Positions 1-18,732 of a DNA stretch of 64,000 bases are shown one piece after another. Positions within the stretch are counted from its first letter, which is position 1, and each line of letters opens with the position of its first letter. Both the position numbers and the translations under genes were made by a program. A model generated the notes under the pieces. It was not told the DNA's origin and did not search any database. It saw only the letters and a list, made by a program, of their open reading frames with translations. Location: positions 15,808,001-15,872,000 of the forward strand of contig CP068257.2 in assembly GCA_009914755.4 (NCBI GenBank), in the 5' to 3' direction. The DNA comes from the human T2T-CHM13v2.0 reference genome, Homo sapiens.

Positions 1-626
1 AAGTAATATAATTTTGTGACTCATACTTTCGGAATATTTTGTCTTAGCTTCCTGATTTTTATACACACATATACAAAGAAATCTCCATTTTTCTTTTCTT
101 TATTCTTCTTTTATTTATTTATTTACGTATTTTTGAAGATGGGGTCTCACTGTGTTGCCCAGACTGGGTGTGGCTGGAATGGTGTGAGACTTAGAAATTA
201 CTGTAGATGTTGTTCATCCAAGTTGTCATAATGAAAATTGTGAGACATTCAAATCACTCTTTTTTATGTTATGAACCATGTGCTTCACAAACCCAGATCT
301 CAAAGCTGTGTAGTAATCCTACTGTAGATTCAATCTAAATGTCAGCCTATGCAAATACAGACTATTTGATATAGAAATATTCCCACCCAAATATTACTTC
401 CCAATAATTGTAATAGTAAGCCCATACAAAAATAAAGCATCAAAGACTTTTTAGCTGCCTAGCTACCATCCACTCTCTTTTCTATAGGTTTTCAAAAGTC
501 TAATGGTTCCAACTTCTAATGGACTCAGCATTCGTCAGGGAAACTAGCTCCCAATACTCCTTGACCCTTGCACCGTAATTCATAATGCTTCCATTTTTTT
601 GCTAAAAGAATCATCAATGGCTCTTG

Positions 627-628
<2 letters not shown>

Positions 629-662
<34 letters not shown>
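629..662. repeat. poly(T) homopolymer (~34 nt)
   Basis: Read directly. Not attached to a recognisable SINE body. Confidence 0.9.
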
Positions 663-664
<2 letters not shown>

Positions 665-830
665 ACATATCCATCCACAAATGTCCCTCTTCCATTCTCC
701 CCACGGGTACAGTGATATCTAATAATGAGTTACAAATTTTTTTTGTTTCCTCTTTAATAAATTTAGTACTGGTGTGGCTCTGAATAATTACTAAACAGCC
801 AATTTTACGTCTTTAAAGTATGTGTATCCA

Positions 831-1225
<395 letters not shown>

Positions 1226-1769
1226 TTAGCTGTTATTTTTACTGTTTTCCCCTATATTCTTTTATATGTTTAGTGTCTTACAGGAAGAGGTTAAAAAGTG
1301 CAGGGGTGGGGGCAATAGGGGACAGGGAGAATATAATAAAGGATTAAGTAATTAAATAGAAGATAGGAAAGGGTGCTCCAAAAGCAAGTGTCCGTTCCAG
1401 AACTTGCTTCCTAGTAAAGCAAGGTCCTCAGGCCATCTTCTCTGAACCTTGATTCCACTGTATTTTCAGTGTGCGAACAGTGATTTAAATCAGTCCATTT
1501 TAGCTGTCAAACTCATACCGTTTGAGAAGATTCATAACCCCAGAGAGAGCGCTTACGAAGGAGGGATTAACATGGCAAACACATGCGCAAACTCCAGATG
1601 GCTGAGCTGAGACATGTTTGGGGGAAAGTCTCTCTCCTGACTGTGGAGGAAATGCTATATGGGAGGAAAACTAGTGTCTTTTGTGATAAAGGATGGTCAG
1701 TTAGTCACTGGGTCACAAAGCCTGTTCTACAAATCATTCAACTTAAGAAGCATTTGGGACCCCTCGAAA

Positions 1770-1862
1770 GTTTTTTTGTTTGTTTTTGAGACGAAGTTTC
1801 TCTCACTGTTGCTGTGGCTGGAATACAACGGTGCAGTCTCGGCTTACCGCAACCTCCCGCGC
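1770..1862 (-). mobile_element. Truncated Alu/FLAM-like fragment abutting the tRNA 3' flank
   Basis: A poly-T then tttgagacgaagtttctctcactgttgctgtggctggaatacaacggtgcagtctcggcttaccgcaacctcc, matching the reverse-complement Alu right end. It ends at the tRNA trailer. Confidence 0.6.
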
Positions 1863-1869
1863 ACGGTCC

Positions 1870-1873
1870 AAAA
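1870..1873 (-). terminator. Pol III T4 terminator for the tRNA-Gly gene
   Basis: A TTTT run on the minus strand 14 nt after the tRNA 3' end. Confidence 0.6.
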
Positions 1874-1886
1874 CACATTTTCGTGC

Positions 1887-1957
1887 TGCATGGGCCGGGA
1901 ATCGAACCCGGGCCTCCCGCGTGGCAGGCGAGAATTCTACCACTGAACCACCCATGC
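1887..1957 (-). tRNA. tRNA-Gly (anticodon GCC), 71 nt. Minus-strand sequence GCATGGGTGGTTCAGTGGTAGAATTCTCGCCTGCCACGCGGGAGGCCCGGGTTCGATTCCCGGCCCATGCA
   Basis: The reverse complement of 1887-1957 is identical to the canonical human tRNA-Gly-GCC sequence as I remember it. A-box TGGTTCAGTGG and B-box GGTTCGATTCC are present (B box on the + strand as ggaatcgaacc at 1898-1908). The anticodon is at 1923-1925 (ggc on +). A TTTT Pol III terminator lies ~14 nt downstream on the minus strand (aaaa at 1870-1873 on +). Confidence 0.9.
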
Positions 1958-2071
1958 ACCGATAGAAGAGTTGGGGAAAAGCAGTAACATGATTGGAACG
2001 CGACTGGAAGGTGTTCTTTGTTGCAAGAGACTAGATAATGGAGAAGGAAGATGATAATATTTTGGTCACTT

Positions 2072-2381
2072 GGCTGGGCATGGTGGCTCATGCCTGTAAT
2101 CTCAGCACTTTGGGAGGCCGAGTGGGGAGGATTGCTTGAGCCCAGGAGTTCGAGACCAGCCTGGGCAACACAGGGAGACTCTTGTCTCTAAAAAAAAAAA
2201 CTAAAAAAAAAGAAAATGAGCCGGGCATGGTGGCACGTGCCTGTAGTCCCAGCTACTCAGGAGCCTGAGGAGGGAGGATTGCTTGAGCCTGGGAGGTCAA
2301 GGCTGCAGCGAGCTGTGGTCATGCCACTTGCAATCCAGCCTAGGTGACAGAGTGAGACACTGCCTCAACAGCAACAAAAAA
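2072..2381 (+). mobile_element. Alu SINE (older, AluJ/S-like); TSD ttggtcacttg
   Basis: The Alu consensus ggctgggcatggtggctcatgcctgtaat ... ends in an A-rich tail. The direct repeat ttggtcacttg is at 2062-2072 and 2382-2392. Confidence 0.85.
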
Positions 2382-2982
2382 GTTGGTCACTTGAAGTATT
2401 GCTACTTATTGATTCATGATACAATTAAATGTTGCCTCTCCAGATTGTTTGGGGGAATTGGGGGGTTTTTTGAGAATAAAGTGCTCCAGATAGCCGTGTG
2501 AGTGCCTCTTGAATAAACACCAGTTTTTTTAAAAATTGAATTCATTTATATAAAAATATAAATTGCATTAAATGCTATTTATATTAAATGCTTTCCTGCC
2601 ATCTTAAGCAGAATGCGCTGAATAATACCTTACTGAGGACTCAGCACCGTGACAGCCATTGCTGATTATTGCAGTGAACTGTGATTCAGTGATGTGGGAC
2701 ACACCGTCAAGGAAGTGAGTGCAATGAGAGCTCCACATACACAAAGTTCAGAAAAAAAACAAAGCACAGGAGGCTGTTTGCTTTCTAACTACTCGTTTCA
2801 CCCCTGGACTCTGGTGTACTCTCCAGCATGCCCCACTTCAGGAAGGATATTGGCAAAGTGGAGTATTCTAGCTAAGAAAAGAAGCTAGGATGGTAAGCGC
2901 TATTGAAACAAGGTTCAGCCAGCAAAATGTCTGAAAGCGTTAGAGAAGCTTAACTTAGAGAAAACTTATATATAAATATTTA

Positions 2983-3309
<327 letters not shown>

Positions 3310-3331
3310 TCATTACAGAAAAGCAGATTTT

Positions 3332-3630
3332 GGGCCGGACGCAGTCGCTCACGCCTGTAATCCCAACACTTTGGGAGGCCGAGGCTGGCGGATCACCTGA
3401 GGTTGGGAGTTCGAGACCACCCTGACCAACATGGAGAAACCCCGTCTCTACTAAAAACACAAAATTAGTCGGGTATGGTGGCACATGCCTGTAATCCCAG
3501 CTACTCGGGAGGCTGAGGCAGGAGAATCGCTTGAACCCAGGAGGCGGAGGTTGCGGTGAGCCGGAGATCGCGCCATTGCACTCCAGCCTGGGCAACAAGA
3601 ACGAAACTCCGTCTCAAAAAAAAAAAGAAA
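3332..3630 (+). mobile_element. Alu SINE (AluS-like); TSD gaaaagc(a/g)gattttg
   Basis: Full Alu consensus. Flanking direct repeats are at ~3317-3331 and ~3617-3632. Confidence 0.9.
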
Positions 3631-4061
3631 AGCGGATTTTGATTCAATATGAAAGAAACTCCTCTTTATAATTCATTTTGATTCATAATTTATGTGCAAG
3701 ATCTTACTTGGTTTCGCAGGTAATGGAATAATGAGCGAACAAAAGTCCCAAACTCAAAAAAGACATTAACCTAGGGTAGCTGGAATGGAGAGTGCACGAG
3801 GCGAGGAGCAATGAGAGTTGGAGAAGCAAATGGGACTAGATCATGGAGGGCCTGGAAAGGTAGGATTGTTTTAAACAAGTAACTGGAAGTGATAAATCAT
3901 TTTAAAATATTTTTAACTCACATTTTAATTACAAAGCTAATTATTATAAAAGTAAAATAAGTTTATTAAAATTTTAAATATATCAAAATATATTATGTAA
4001 AAGTGAAAGTTCACCCTAACCCCAATTTACAGAGGTACCTGTGAGTCGTTTAGCCCGTGTC

Positions 4062-4345
<284 letters not shown>

Positions 4346-4628
4346 TTTTTTGTTTTTTGGTTTTTTTTTTTTGAGATGGAGTCTCACTCTGTCACCCAGG
4401 CTGGAGTGCAGTGGCACAATCTCGGCTCACAGCAACCTCAGCCTCCGGGGTTCAAGTAGCTGGGATTACAGGCACGTGCCACCATGCCAGGATAATTTTT
4501 GTATTTTTAGTAGAGACAGGGTTTCGCCATGTTGGCCGGGGTGGTCTCGAACTCCTGACCTCAAGTGATTCACCAGCCTCCACCTCCCAAAGTGCTGGGA
4601 TTACAGGTGTGAGCCACCACACCCGGCC
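4346..4628 (-). mobile_element. Alu SINE with internal ~25-bp deletion, tandem to the previous Alu
   Basis: A T-rich tail then gagatggagtctcactctgtcacccaggctggagtgcagtggc ... gagccaccacacccggcc. Confidence 0.9.
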
Positions 4629-5664
4629 CCTGGCCTGTGCCTTTACTTGACCTTTTTGTTGCTATGTGTTCCACATCTATAAAATGAGGATCATAATAGT
4701 ACCTACCCAATAGAGGCAACATGAGAATTAAATTAATTACCGCCAACTCCATAAAGGCAGGGATTTTGTTTGATTTAGGGGTTTTCAACCTCTGTACTAC
4801 TGATATTTTAGGCTGAATAATTTCCGGTAGTGGAAAGAGGGGCTGGTGTCCTGCACACTGTGGGTTGTGTAGCAGCATCTCTGGCTTCTACCCACTTCTA
4901 CCTGCAACAAAAACTATTTATAGACATGGCCAAATGTCCTCTGGGGGGCAAAATCACCCAGGTTGAAAACCACTGGTCTAATTTACTGCTGAGAGCCTGT
5001 CACCCAGCACAGCATGCAATAAATATTTGTTGAATTGAATGAATGAAGTGAATGCATATAGGAAGCCCTCAGTAAGTGTTACCTATTTTTATTATACTAT
5101 TTTCCAACTATATAAATTTCTACATAAGTGGGATCCAATTATGTGTACTTCAAGGCAAATTGCATTTTTTCTCTAACAATCTACCTTGGTCATACTTTTA
5201 CATCACCACCACCATTTTATACAGTTGTATCTCGATTGCTTTCTATGGCGTGAAAGTAGTTTTATAATTCATTTATTCAATTCATTATTGATGTGCATAT
5301 AGGCTAATTTCAATTTGTTGTTATAAATAATGCTACAAAGAACATTTTTCATTATGAATTTTTATTTACTGTCACATCCGGGGCTATGCAATGTATCATG
5401 TCCTAATTTGGAAAGGGATTTTGTATTAGGCAGGTTTCTCCAGAGAAACAGAATCAATAGGATGTATATACACACAAGGAAACTTGTTTATAAAGAAATT
5501 GTCTTACACAATTATGGGGGTTGGCAAGTCCAAAATCTGCAGGGTAGACCAGCTGGCTGAAGACCCAGGAAAGAGTTGATGCTGCAGTTCAAGTCCGAAG
5601 GTCATCTGCTACAGATTCCCTTTCGCGGCAGGTAGCTCAGTCTTTCATTCTATTCAAGCCATCA

Positions 5665-6006
<342 letters not shown>

Positions 6007-6021
6007 TTAAATAAAATAAAA

Positions 6022-6186
6022 TACAAACACAGAAATTAGCCAGTTGTAGTGGCACGCTCCTGTAATCCCATGTACTCAGGAGGCTGAGGCAAGAGAATTG
6101 CTTGAACTCAGGAGGTGGGGGTTGCAGTGAGACGAGATCTGCCACTGCACTCCAGCTTGGGCGACAAAGCAAGAATCTGTCTCAGA
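6022..6186 (+). mobile_element. Alu right-monomer fragment
   Basis: From aaattagccagttgtagtggcacgctcctgtaatcccatgtactcaggaggctgagg to gcgacaaagcaagaatctgtctc. Confidence 0.75.
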
Positions 6187-6224
6187 GGGTGGAGGTGGGG
6201 GGTGGGGAAAGAACTACCTGGGAC

Positions 6225-6538
6225 TGCATACTTTATAAAGAAAATAGGTTTAATTGACTTACAGTTCTGCATGGCTGCGGAGATCTCAGGAAACTTTCAA
6301 TCATGGTAGAAGGTGAAGGAGAAGCAAGCACCTTCCTCATGAGGTGGCAGGAGAGACAGAGGATGAGAAATGCTACACTTTTAAACGATCAGATCTCATG
6401 AGAACTCACTATCACAAGAACAGCATGGGGGAAACCACCCCCATGATCCAATCACCTCCCACCAGGTCCCACCCTCAACATGTGGGGATTACAGTTAGAG
6501 ATGAGATTTGAGTGGGGACACAAAGCCAAACCATATCA
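6225..6538 (-). mobile_element. Solo MaLR LTR (THE1/MST-type), 3' part missing
   Basis: Reverse complement of the MaLR LTR: ...ggtttaattgacttacagttctgcatggctg...gatcagatctcatgagaactcactatcacaagaacagcatggggg...gagatttgagtggggacacaaagccaaaccatatca. Confidence 0.7.
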
Positions 6539-6698
6539 TCCTGTCTTAAAAATGAAAAAAGTAATGGTAACCTGTCTTATTCAAAGTCCACCAACTTGAA
6601 TGTCAATTTCATCCAAAAACACGCTCTCAGAAACATCCAGAATAATGTTTGATCATATATCTGGGTACTACGACCCAGCCAAGTTAAAGAAAATAAAA

Positions 6699-6999
6699 TT
6701 AGCCCAGTGCAGTAGCTCACGCCTGTAATCCCAGCATTTTGGGAGGCTGAGGCGGGTAGATTGCTTGAGCCCAGGAGTTCAAGACCAGCTTGGACAACAT
6801 GGAGAAACTCCGTTTCTACAAAGAGATAAAAAATTAGCAGGGCATGGTGGCGCACACCTGTAGTCCCTGCTATTAAGGAGGCTGAGATGGAAGGATTGCT
6901 TGAGCCTGGGAGATTGAGGCTACAGGGTGCTGTGATTGTGCTACTGCACTCCAGCCTGGATGATTGAGTGAGAGCCTGTCTCAAAAAAAAAAAAAAAAA
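6699..6999 (+). mobile_element. Alu SINE
   Basis: From agcccagtgcagtagctcacgcctgtaatcccagcattttgggaggc to ctgtctcaaaaaaaaaaaaaaaaa. Confidence 0.85.
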
Positions 7000-8758
7000 T
7001 CCATTCCAAATCAGGAGTGCTGGTAAAAAAAAAAAAGAAAAAAGAAAATTTATCACACATAAAATTAATCATCACAGATTCCTTGCCAACACATCAGCAG
7101 AACTGTCTGACCACCCAAAAAGAGAACTGTTGATGTGAATTGTATGCTAACCAGGGGCCTGGACTGGACAACCTCTCTATGCACGTGGGGTTCTGAGTCT
7201 GGAAAGAGATGCCATCTGAGAATGGTGACATATGTCTTTCTCTTTCTTCCTAACCGTGGCTACAGACTAGTCTATTTTTGTGGTTTATCTGCCTACTGTT
7301 TAGAATTATTCTGTTTTCTTGGGGCTGTCAGGCACTCAACTGACACTTCTTGATGCTATTGCTGTGTCTGCCTTGAGCAGCTAATGATGGATGTGAAAAC
7401 CCTTTTATAATTGTTCATTCCAAAGGAAATGTGCAGCCACATGCTCCTGTGGTCTCCTGTGGGCTAAATAAACCCTGATAACCAAGCTTATTATCATTAT
7501 GTCTAAAATTAAAGTAAACAAATAATGAGTGAGGGCTTGAGTGGTTTATTGTGGTTGAAAAGTACTGACTGACTTAACGCATGAATCTTATAACACCTAT
7601 TTATATGGGTAAAGATTTGGAGGGTTATTCTAGTTTCCCATCTGGGTTCCAGATATGTGAGATTGCTGGGTGGGAGAATGTTATAGATTGTAGGTTTGTT
7701 GTCTTAAGGCAGGTAGCTGTCATTTCTGCCTAAATTATCTGTAAGGCAAGAAACCAAATATATAAATTAATACCATAAATAAGCAAACAAATAATTCTCT
7801 AATCTCAATCAATACTTCCCTACTTGTGAACTGAAGAATTAATACAGTCTCTTTGTTTGCTGCTTGGCATGAGTTTCCTTTACCTTTAAAATTAGGTTTG
7901 TGTTCATGAAACAAGGTTAGAAATTTAGGGAAGGGAAGAAATCTACTATTTAAAAATATATGACTATTTATTTTTAGCTACCACTTTTTAGCACCTAGGT
8001 ATTAAAATACATAATAATTAGGAGCTAAGTGTATCCCATAATCTGTCATCATTCGCTCACTTCAAGAGGCCCATCATTAACCTTTCCATTAATTCTACGT
8101 CTTTTAGATCTTCCTAAATCAACACCTACTCTAAATGATTCCTCAAATTAAACCCTAGTTTTGCATCTGCACTTTCTCCGTTCTAGCCTGAAAAGCCTAC
8201 AATCTTTTCTGTCTAGTCCCCATTTCTGCCTCACTCCAGAATCTGGCTTGAAGCCCTGGACTTTCTCGAACTCGATTGCTGGCAAGCAAGTCCTCCATCA
8301 AACAGATCCCTCACATGTCTGTGCATTAAAAATAGCTAATATGACTCACTGGCACTTCTTACTTACTCAAACTAAAGGACAGCATCTGTGCTTCAGGGAT
8401 AGGAGAGTGAAGAGAGCAGAATGTGAAGAGGGAAACTACCAACATTCAAAAATCATTTTCTGGACTTGACATTGATGTTAGCTTTGTCCCTGGTATTTCT
8501 ATCAGGAAACATATCTGCAAGTGATTGTATGTAGAATTATTCTTTCTTAGCTGATCTATCTGGGGAGGCACATTTTCAAGGATGTCTGCTATGGTGAATA
8601 TAGCATTGCCATGCTTATTCATGGGTCCCACTGTTTAGACTAATATTATAATAAAGGTCCTAGTTTCAAAAATGCCTTTTGTCAAACTTTTGTCTGCCTT
8701 TGTGTCCAAAGATGAACCTTTTAATTCATTCATTCCTTCAATCAAGAAATCATTATTG

Positions 8759-9030
8759 GCTGGGCATGGTGACTCATGCTTGTAATCCCAGCACTTTGGG
8801 AGGCCAAGGGGGAAGATTGCTCAAGCGTAGGAGTTTGAGACCAGCCTGGGCAACACAGGGAGACTCTGTCTCTACAAATTGAAAAAAAAAAAAAAAAAAA
8901 AAAAACTTATGCTGAGGTAGGAGGATCACTTGGGCCCGGAATGTCAAGGCTACAGTAAGCCATGATCGTGTCACTGTACTCCAGCCTAGGTGACAGAGCA
9001 AGATCCTATCTCAAAAATAAAAAAAAGAAA
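8759..9030 (+). mobile_element. Alu SINE with expanded middle A-run and partial right-arm deletion
   Basis: Starts ggctgggcatggtgactcatgcttgtaatcccagcactttgggagg and ends gacagagcaagatcctatctcaaaaataaaaaaaag. Confidence 0.8.
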
Positions 9031-9172
9031 GTATTATTGAATGCCTTCTAGGGCTGCCATGTTCTCCAACTTGTAAGGGCACCATTCTCAGTATAGTCTC
9101 TGGAGTTGAGCTCTAGCGGGGGCATTCCCTTCCGGGGTATATTGACTGAGGGACATACAATGGTATGTATGA

Positions 9173-9567
<395 letters not shown>

Positions 9568-9944
9568 AGATTACTGCTCATTTGTTACTCATTCATACCT
9601 ACTGGTTATTCATTAAAAATAGCCCAGGTTTATGTTTTTATTGGCCTTGTCTAGTGGCTTCCTCCATGTCCGGAGACTCTCTCTGTCCCTGATATGAAAG
9701 CACACTTAGTAATCAAACATAAGCACGGTACAGGCAGAGATTCGAAACCAACTATGAACCAGGAAATACAAATAATGACTTTCATATAAGGTTTCTGTCT
9801 TGTAAATGTTGATAATGCTTATCAGCTAAAGGAATAAAGTCCAGCCCTGCACCCAACACAGCTGACAACATGATCTTTGTAATCCACAAAATGTCAAGTA
9901 TAATTACCCTGACCGTTCCTTCACTTAAAAAAAAAAATCAAACT

Positions 9945-10251
<307 letters not shown>

Positions 10252-11073
10252 CTATGACAAGAGAAAATTTGTGTTTCTTTAACAGAACCCAGCCAGGAAG
10301 GTCATAAAATCTAGTCATGACAGGTTCTCCTCTCAGTAGAAAAACTTTTTTTCCTAATAGTAACTGACCTTTCTCATAATTTTTTTCACCCCGTCAAACA
10401 TTTCGAAGACTTAACGCAACTACTTTTGTTAGTTGGATGGAAAACACCTTGTGATTCAGGTAGAAATAATTCTTCAAGCAGAGGAATTTATATAACTGTG
10501 CCTTTTACTATCCATTAAGCAGTTTTTTTATGTTGGCCTACTTGTAATGTGTATCAATGTCAGTTTAAAAGAGGAAACAACATTCAGCCTTTTCACTGGT
10601 TTATAATAAGAAATCACTATTTCAAATGACCTTCCCTGAATACCACTCTCTACTGAGTGCTGGAAGGAGCGTGGACAAAGATGAGTAAGACACTGCCCAC
10701 GCTCTCTGTATGCATGCAATCTGGTGCCTGCGATGACATCTACTCAAAGAACTCAGTCAACTGGCAAGCTAACAAGGTCTATAGCCATGGGTGAAACAGA
10801 CTGCCTTGAGAATATGGGAAGATTAATTCCAACTGGGGGATTTGCTAGGGTGTGTAGTGACCACGTGGGGATGTCAGAGGAATGGGAAAACAAGAAGATT
10901 AAGGGATGAAAAGAGACTTGAAACATTTAAGAATGGAAGTCTGGTTGAGGAATTCAGACTTAACCATGTAAGTCCTGGGACTGGAAATAACAATGCTCAG
11001 ACGTGTGTTTCCTTAGCAAGATTTTATGTGTTCTTCATTTCATACAATGAACAACATAAAATATATTATTTAA

Positions 11074-11615
<542 letters not shown>

Positions 11616-12092
11616 TAATTGAAATTACACATATATATGTAATTAATATATAATAATATAAACATATATATTTTTAGAACTGAGGGCCTAGTATGTATTA
11701 AGCAGTGTGAGAGATAGAAAAGTATAACAGATCAGCTCACTGCTAATCAGGGAGTTTACCGTCTATCTAAATTCTATCCATCCTTTGAGAGAGCTTTTCC
11801 AGACCAGAAGCCCAGCCTGTGAAATTTGAGGGTAAAATATTCCAGAGTGAGGAACAGTCTGTGCTAAGCCCTCGAATGCAAGGAACGCAGTGGAATGCAA
11901 GGATGCACGGGGAGCATCCCAGAGCCCCTCTTCAGAATGAGATTTGGCTAAGGGCTTTGTTGCAAGTGCTCCAATCCTATGTCCTTCACTCCTCGATAAA
12001 CTTTCTACCTGCAAGTTCTCATCTCAGACTCCCTGAGAAACTGGACATAAAATAGTAAAATATATAGTGATGATTTTATAACATCAGCAACA

Positions 12093-12385
12093 GGCCGGGC
12101 GTGGTGGCTTATGCCTTTAATCCCAGCACTTTGGGAGGCCAAAGTGGGTGGATCACGAGGTCAGGAGCTCAAGACCAGCCTGACCAACATGGTGAAACTT
12201 CGTCTCTACTAAAAATACAAAAATTAGCCAGGCGTGGTGGCGCACACTGTAATCCCAGCTACTCAGGAGGCTGAGGCAGGAGAGTCGCGTTGAACCTGGG
12301 AGGCGGAGGTTGCAGTGAGCTGAGATCGCGCCACTGCCCTCCAGCCTGTGCAACAGAGCGAGACTCCGTCTGAAAAAAAAAAAAA
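12093..12385 (+). mobile_element. Alu SINE; TSD atcagcaaca
   Basis: From aggccgggcgtggtggcttatgcc to ccgtctgaaaaaaaaaaaaa, with the repeat flanking both ends. Confidence 0.9.
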
Positions 12386-12442
12386 TCAGCAACAAAAAAA
12401 GTAACGATAATCTAAAACAGTAGGATATATAGCAATAAAAGA

Positions 12443-13116
<674 letters not shown>

Positions 13117-13299
13117 TGGAATTTATTCTTTATCCTATGAAACAGTTGTTTCCAAAGTGAAGTGGCTAAAAGGATGGTAAGGGGTATAGGAAGAAATTAT
13201 TTATTAATTATTCATAGTTTTATTAATGTCTTTTTTCTGTTTTGTAATATAGATAACATATTGGTAAAAATAACACATCTAAATAATTTGAATATATAT

Positions 13300-13356
13300 G
13301 TGTGTATAATAATGTGTGTATATATATATATACACACATATACATACACACATATA
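13300..13356. repeat. (TA)n/(CA)n compound microsatellite
   Basis: tgtgtgtatatatatatatacacacatatacatacacacatatac. Confidence 0.8.
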
Positions 13357-13380
13357 CTTTGGTATGTGCTCTAATTTTTT

Positions 13381-13696
13381 CTTCTTTTTGTTGTTGAGGC
13401 AGGGCCTCACTCTGTTATCCAGGCTGGAGTGCGGTGACTCACTAAAGCTGAGGCTTTAGTGGTAGGACTAAACCAGGAAGTTGAGACTTCCTGGGCTCAG
13501 GCAGTCCTACCATGTCAGCATCCCAAGTAGCTGGGACCACAGGCACAGGCTACCATGCCTGGCTAATTTTTAAAATGTTTGTAGAGACAGGGTCTCACTG
13601 TGTTGCCCAGGCTAGACTCAAACTCCTAGGCTCAAGCAATCTTCCTGTCTTGGCCTCTTGAAGTGCTGACATCATACCGGTGGGAGCCGCCGCACC
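13381..13696 (-). mobile_element. Alu SINE (old, AluJ-like) with internal palindromic insertion
   Basis: From gaggcagggcctcactctgttatccaggctggagtgcggtg to gtgggagccgccgcacc. Highly diverged. Confidence 0.75.
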
Positions 13697-13820
13697 TCTA
13701 ATTTTCTTTCTTTTTTTTTTTAACCAATAGATGTATGCAATTAAAATTTAAGACCATACTGTAAACAATGGGAGAGTCATTGAGGTCTTATTTGCAGAGG
13801 AGGATATACTCAGCATATAA

Positions 13821-14342
<522 letters not shown>

Positions 14343-15363
14343 ATTAGAGTTATAATCAAGTTTGATATGAATTGGCCAATGAAATAGTATAATTTAATAT
14401 TAAATGTTAATTAATTAAAACTATTAAATGTTCTCAAAAGTTACAGAAGAATAAAAACTAAATATTTAAGAAGTTCTTTTACCTTAAGTATTGAAAATAA
14501 ATGGTTTTTCTCTTCACGGGTTGTTTTTATTTCCTTATAAAGCCTAGCTGTCATGTGATCCTCCTGACTCTGCGGAAGTAAGTCAGAGAAATAAAGACTA
14601 ACTCACTCATTAAGAGACCTTTTACATAAAACACTTTCTTATCTGTTAGAATTTGAGCTTTCTCAGACTCTCAGCTTGTTTTCCCAAGTTTACACAATAA
14701 TAAAATACACACAGTGACCTTCTTACTCTTCTTTTGCCAGCGGATTATTTAATACTGATTAGCTTTGAAATGCAAATAGCCCTATCAAATAGCAAGCTAC
14801 TTGCCTTCAACCGGACTAAGGCTGCATTAGAGTGAAAGTCAAAACTGTTTTATGCAAAGAAAAAAAATAGTCTGTCAAAGGCCCCTAGGTCTTCAATTTT
14901 TTCAGGATTATATTCAGGATATGAAATTCTTTGTACTGACTAACGGATTACCTTTTCTTCTAAATTCTTTTGTTTCCAAACTCCCAATCCTATGTTGACT
15001 TACAATTAACCCTTTGCTGACCATTAGTTGAACTTTCAAACCAAACATAACGCTTTCAGCATTTGTATTTATATCACAACATGACAAATACTAGTAAGAG
15101 AGGGAATTTTTACAGAAAAAGCTTATCTAGCCTCTTACATGAGGACCACTATTTGTTTTTCTTAAACAGAGAGTAACAACTTCAGGGCTGCAAAATACCT
15201 TTGAGATTACCTAATTCACCCTCTTCATTTTACAGATATGCACCCAAGGTCTGGTACGCTTTTACTAGGTCAGTGTTTGGGCTGAAGAAAACAGGGTTGG
15301 GTTGCTGAATAGTAAATTCCTGGTGGAATGGAAACTGAGCTGACATTGGCAGATGGGTATTAA

Positions 15364-16107
<744 letters not shown>

Positions 16108-16190
16108 TGACAGCACCTACCAAGGGACTGGGGACTGCCCAGCACTGGCTGGTCCCAGGTGATCCGGTCAAACTGGGCATTCCTCTGTAA

Positions 16191-16637
<447 letters not shown>

Positions 16638-16845
16638 TTAGAAAATCAAACAGTTGCCAGGGGCTGGAAGAAGGGAGGCACGAGGAGTTATTGTTTAATG
16701 GGTGTGGAATTTCAGTTTGAGAGGATAAAATAAGTTCTGAGGATAGATGGTGGTGATGGTTGCATAACAATGTAAATATACTTAATGCCACTTGCCACTG
16801 AACTGTAGATTTTAAAATGGTTAAAATGGTATATGGTAGATTTTA

Positions 16846-16870
16846 TGTGTGTGTGTGTGTGTGTGTGTGT
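16846..16870. repeat. (TG)n microsatellite
   Basis: tgtgtgtgtgtgtgtgtgtgtgtg. Confidence 0.9.
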
Positions 16871-16871
16871 T

Positions 16872-17088
<217 letters not shown>

Positions 17089-17135
17089 TTTGTTATGTAT
17101 ATATTACCACAACAAAAATATATCTGCTATTAGTT

Positions 17136-17485
<350 letters not shown>

Positions 17486-17494
17486 TGCTGTTAG

Positions 17495-17830
<336 letters not shown>

Positions 17831-17856
17831 CATCTCGTCTTTTAAATAAGTATCTC

Positions 17857-18163
<307 letters not shown>

Positions 18164-18338
18164 TCATGTAGTTTTTTAAATACCAAAATATTCAAGAAGT
18201 CTAGGTTTTGAGAAAATCATTGCCAGACTGAAAATTACCTGATAGTAAAATCTCTGAGTAAATTTAAATTTTAAAAATTTTGTCAGAAGCAATTGGTACT
18301 CAAAGAACACAAAGATTTGTAAATTTCAGGGAAGCTAA

Positions 18339-18732
<394 letters not shown>

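Noticed and set aside
131-170. Alu-like 40-bp fragment (gagatggggtctcactgtgttgcccagactgg)
   Set aside because: It is too short and diverged to call confidently. It could equally be a fragment of another Alu-related or 7SL-derived repeat.
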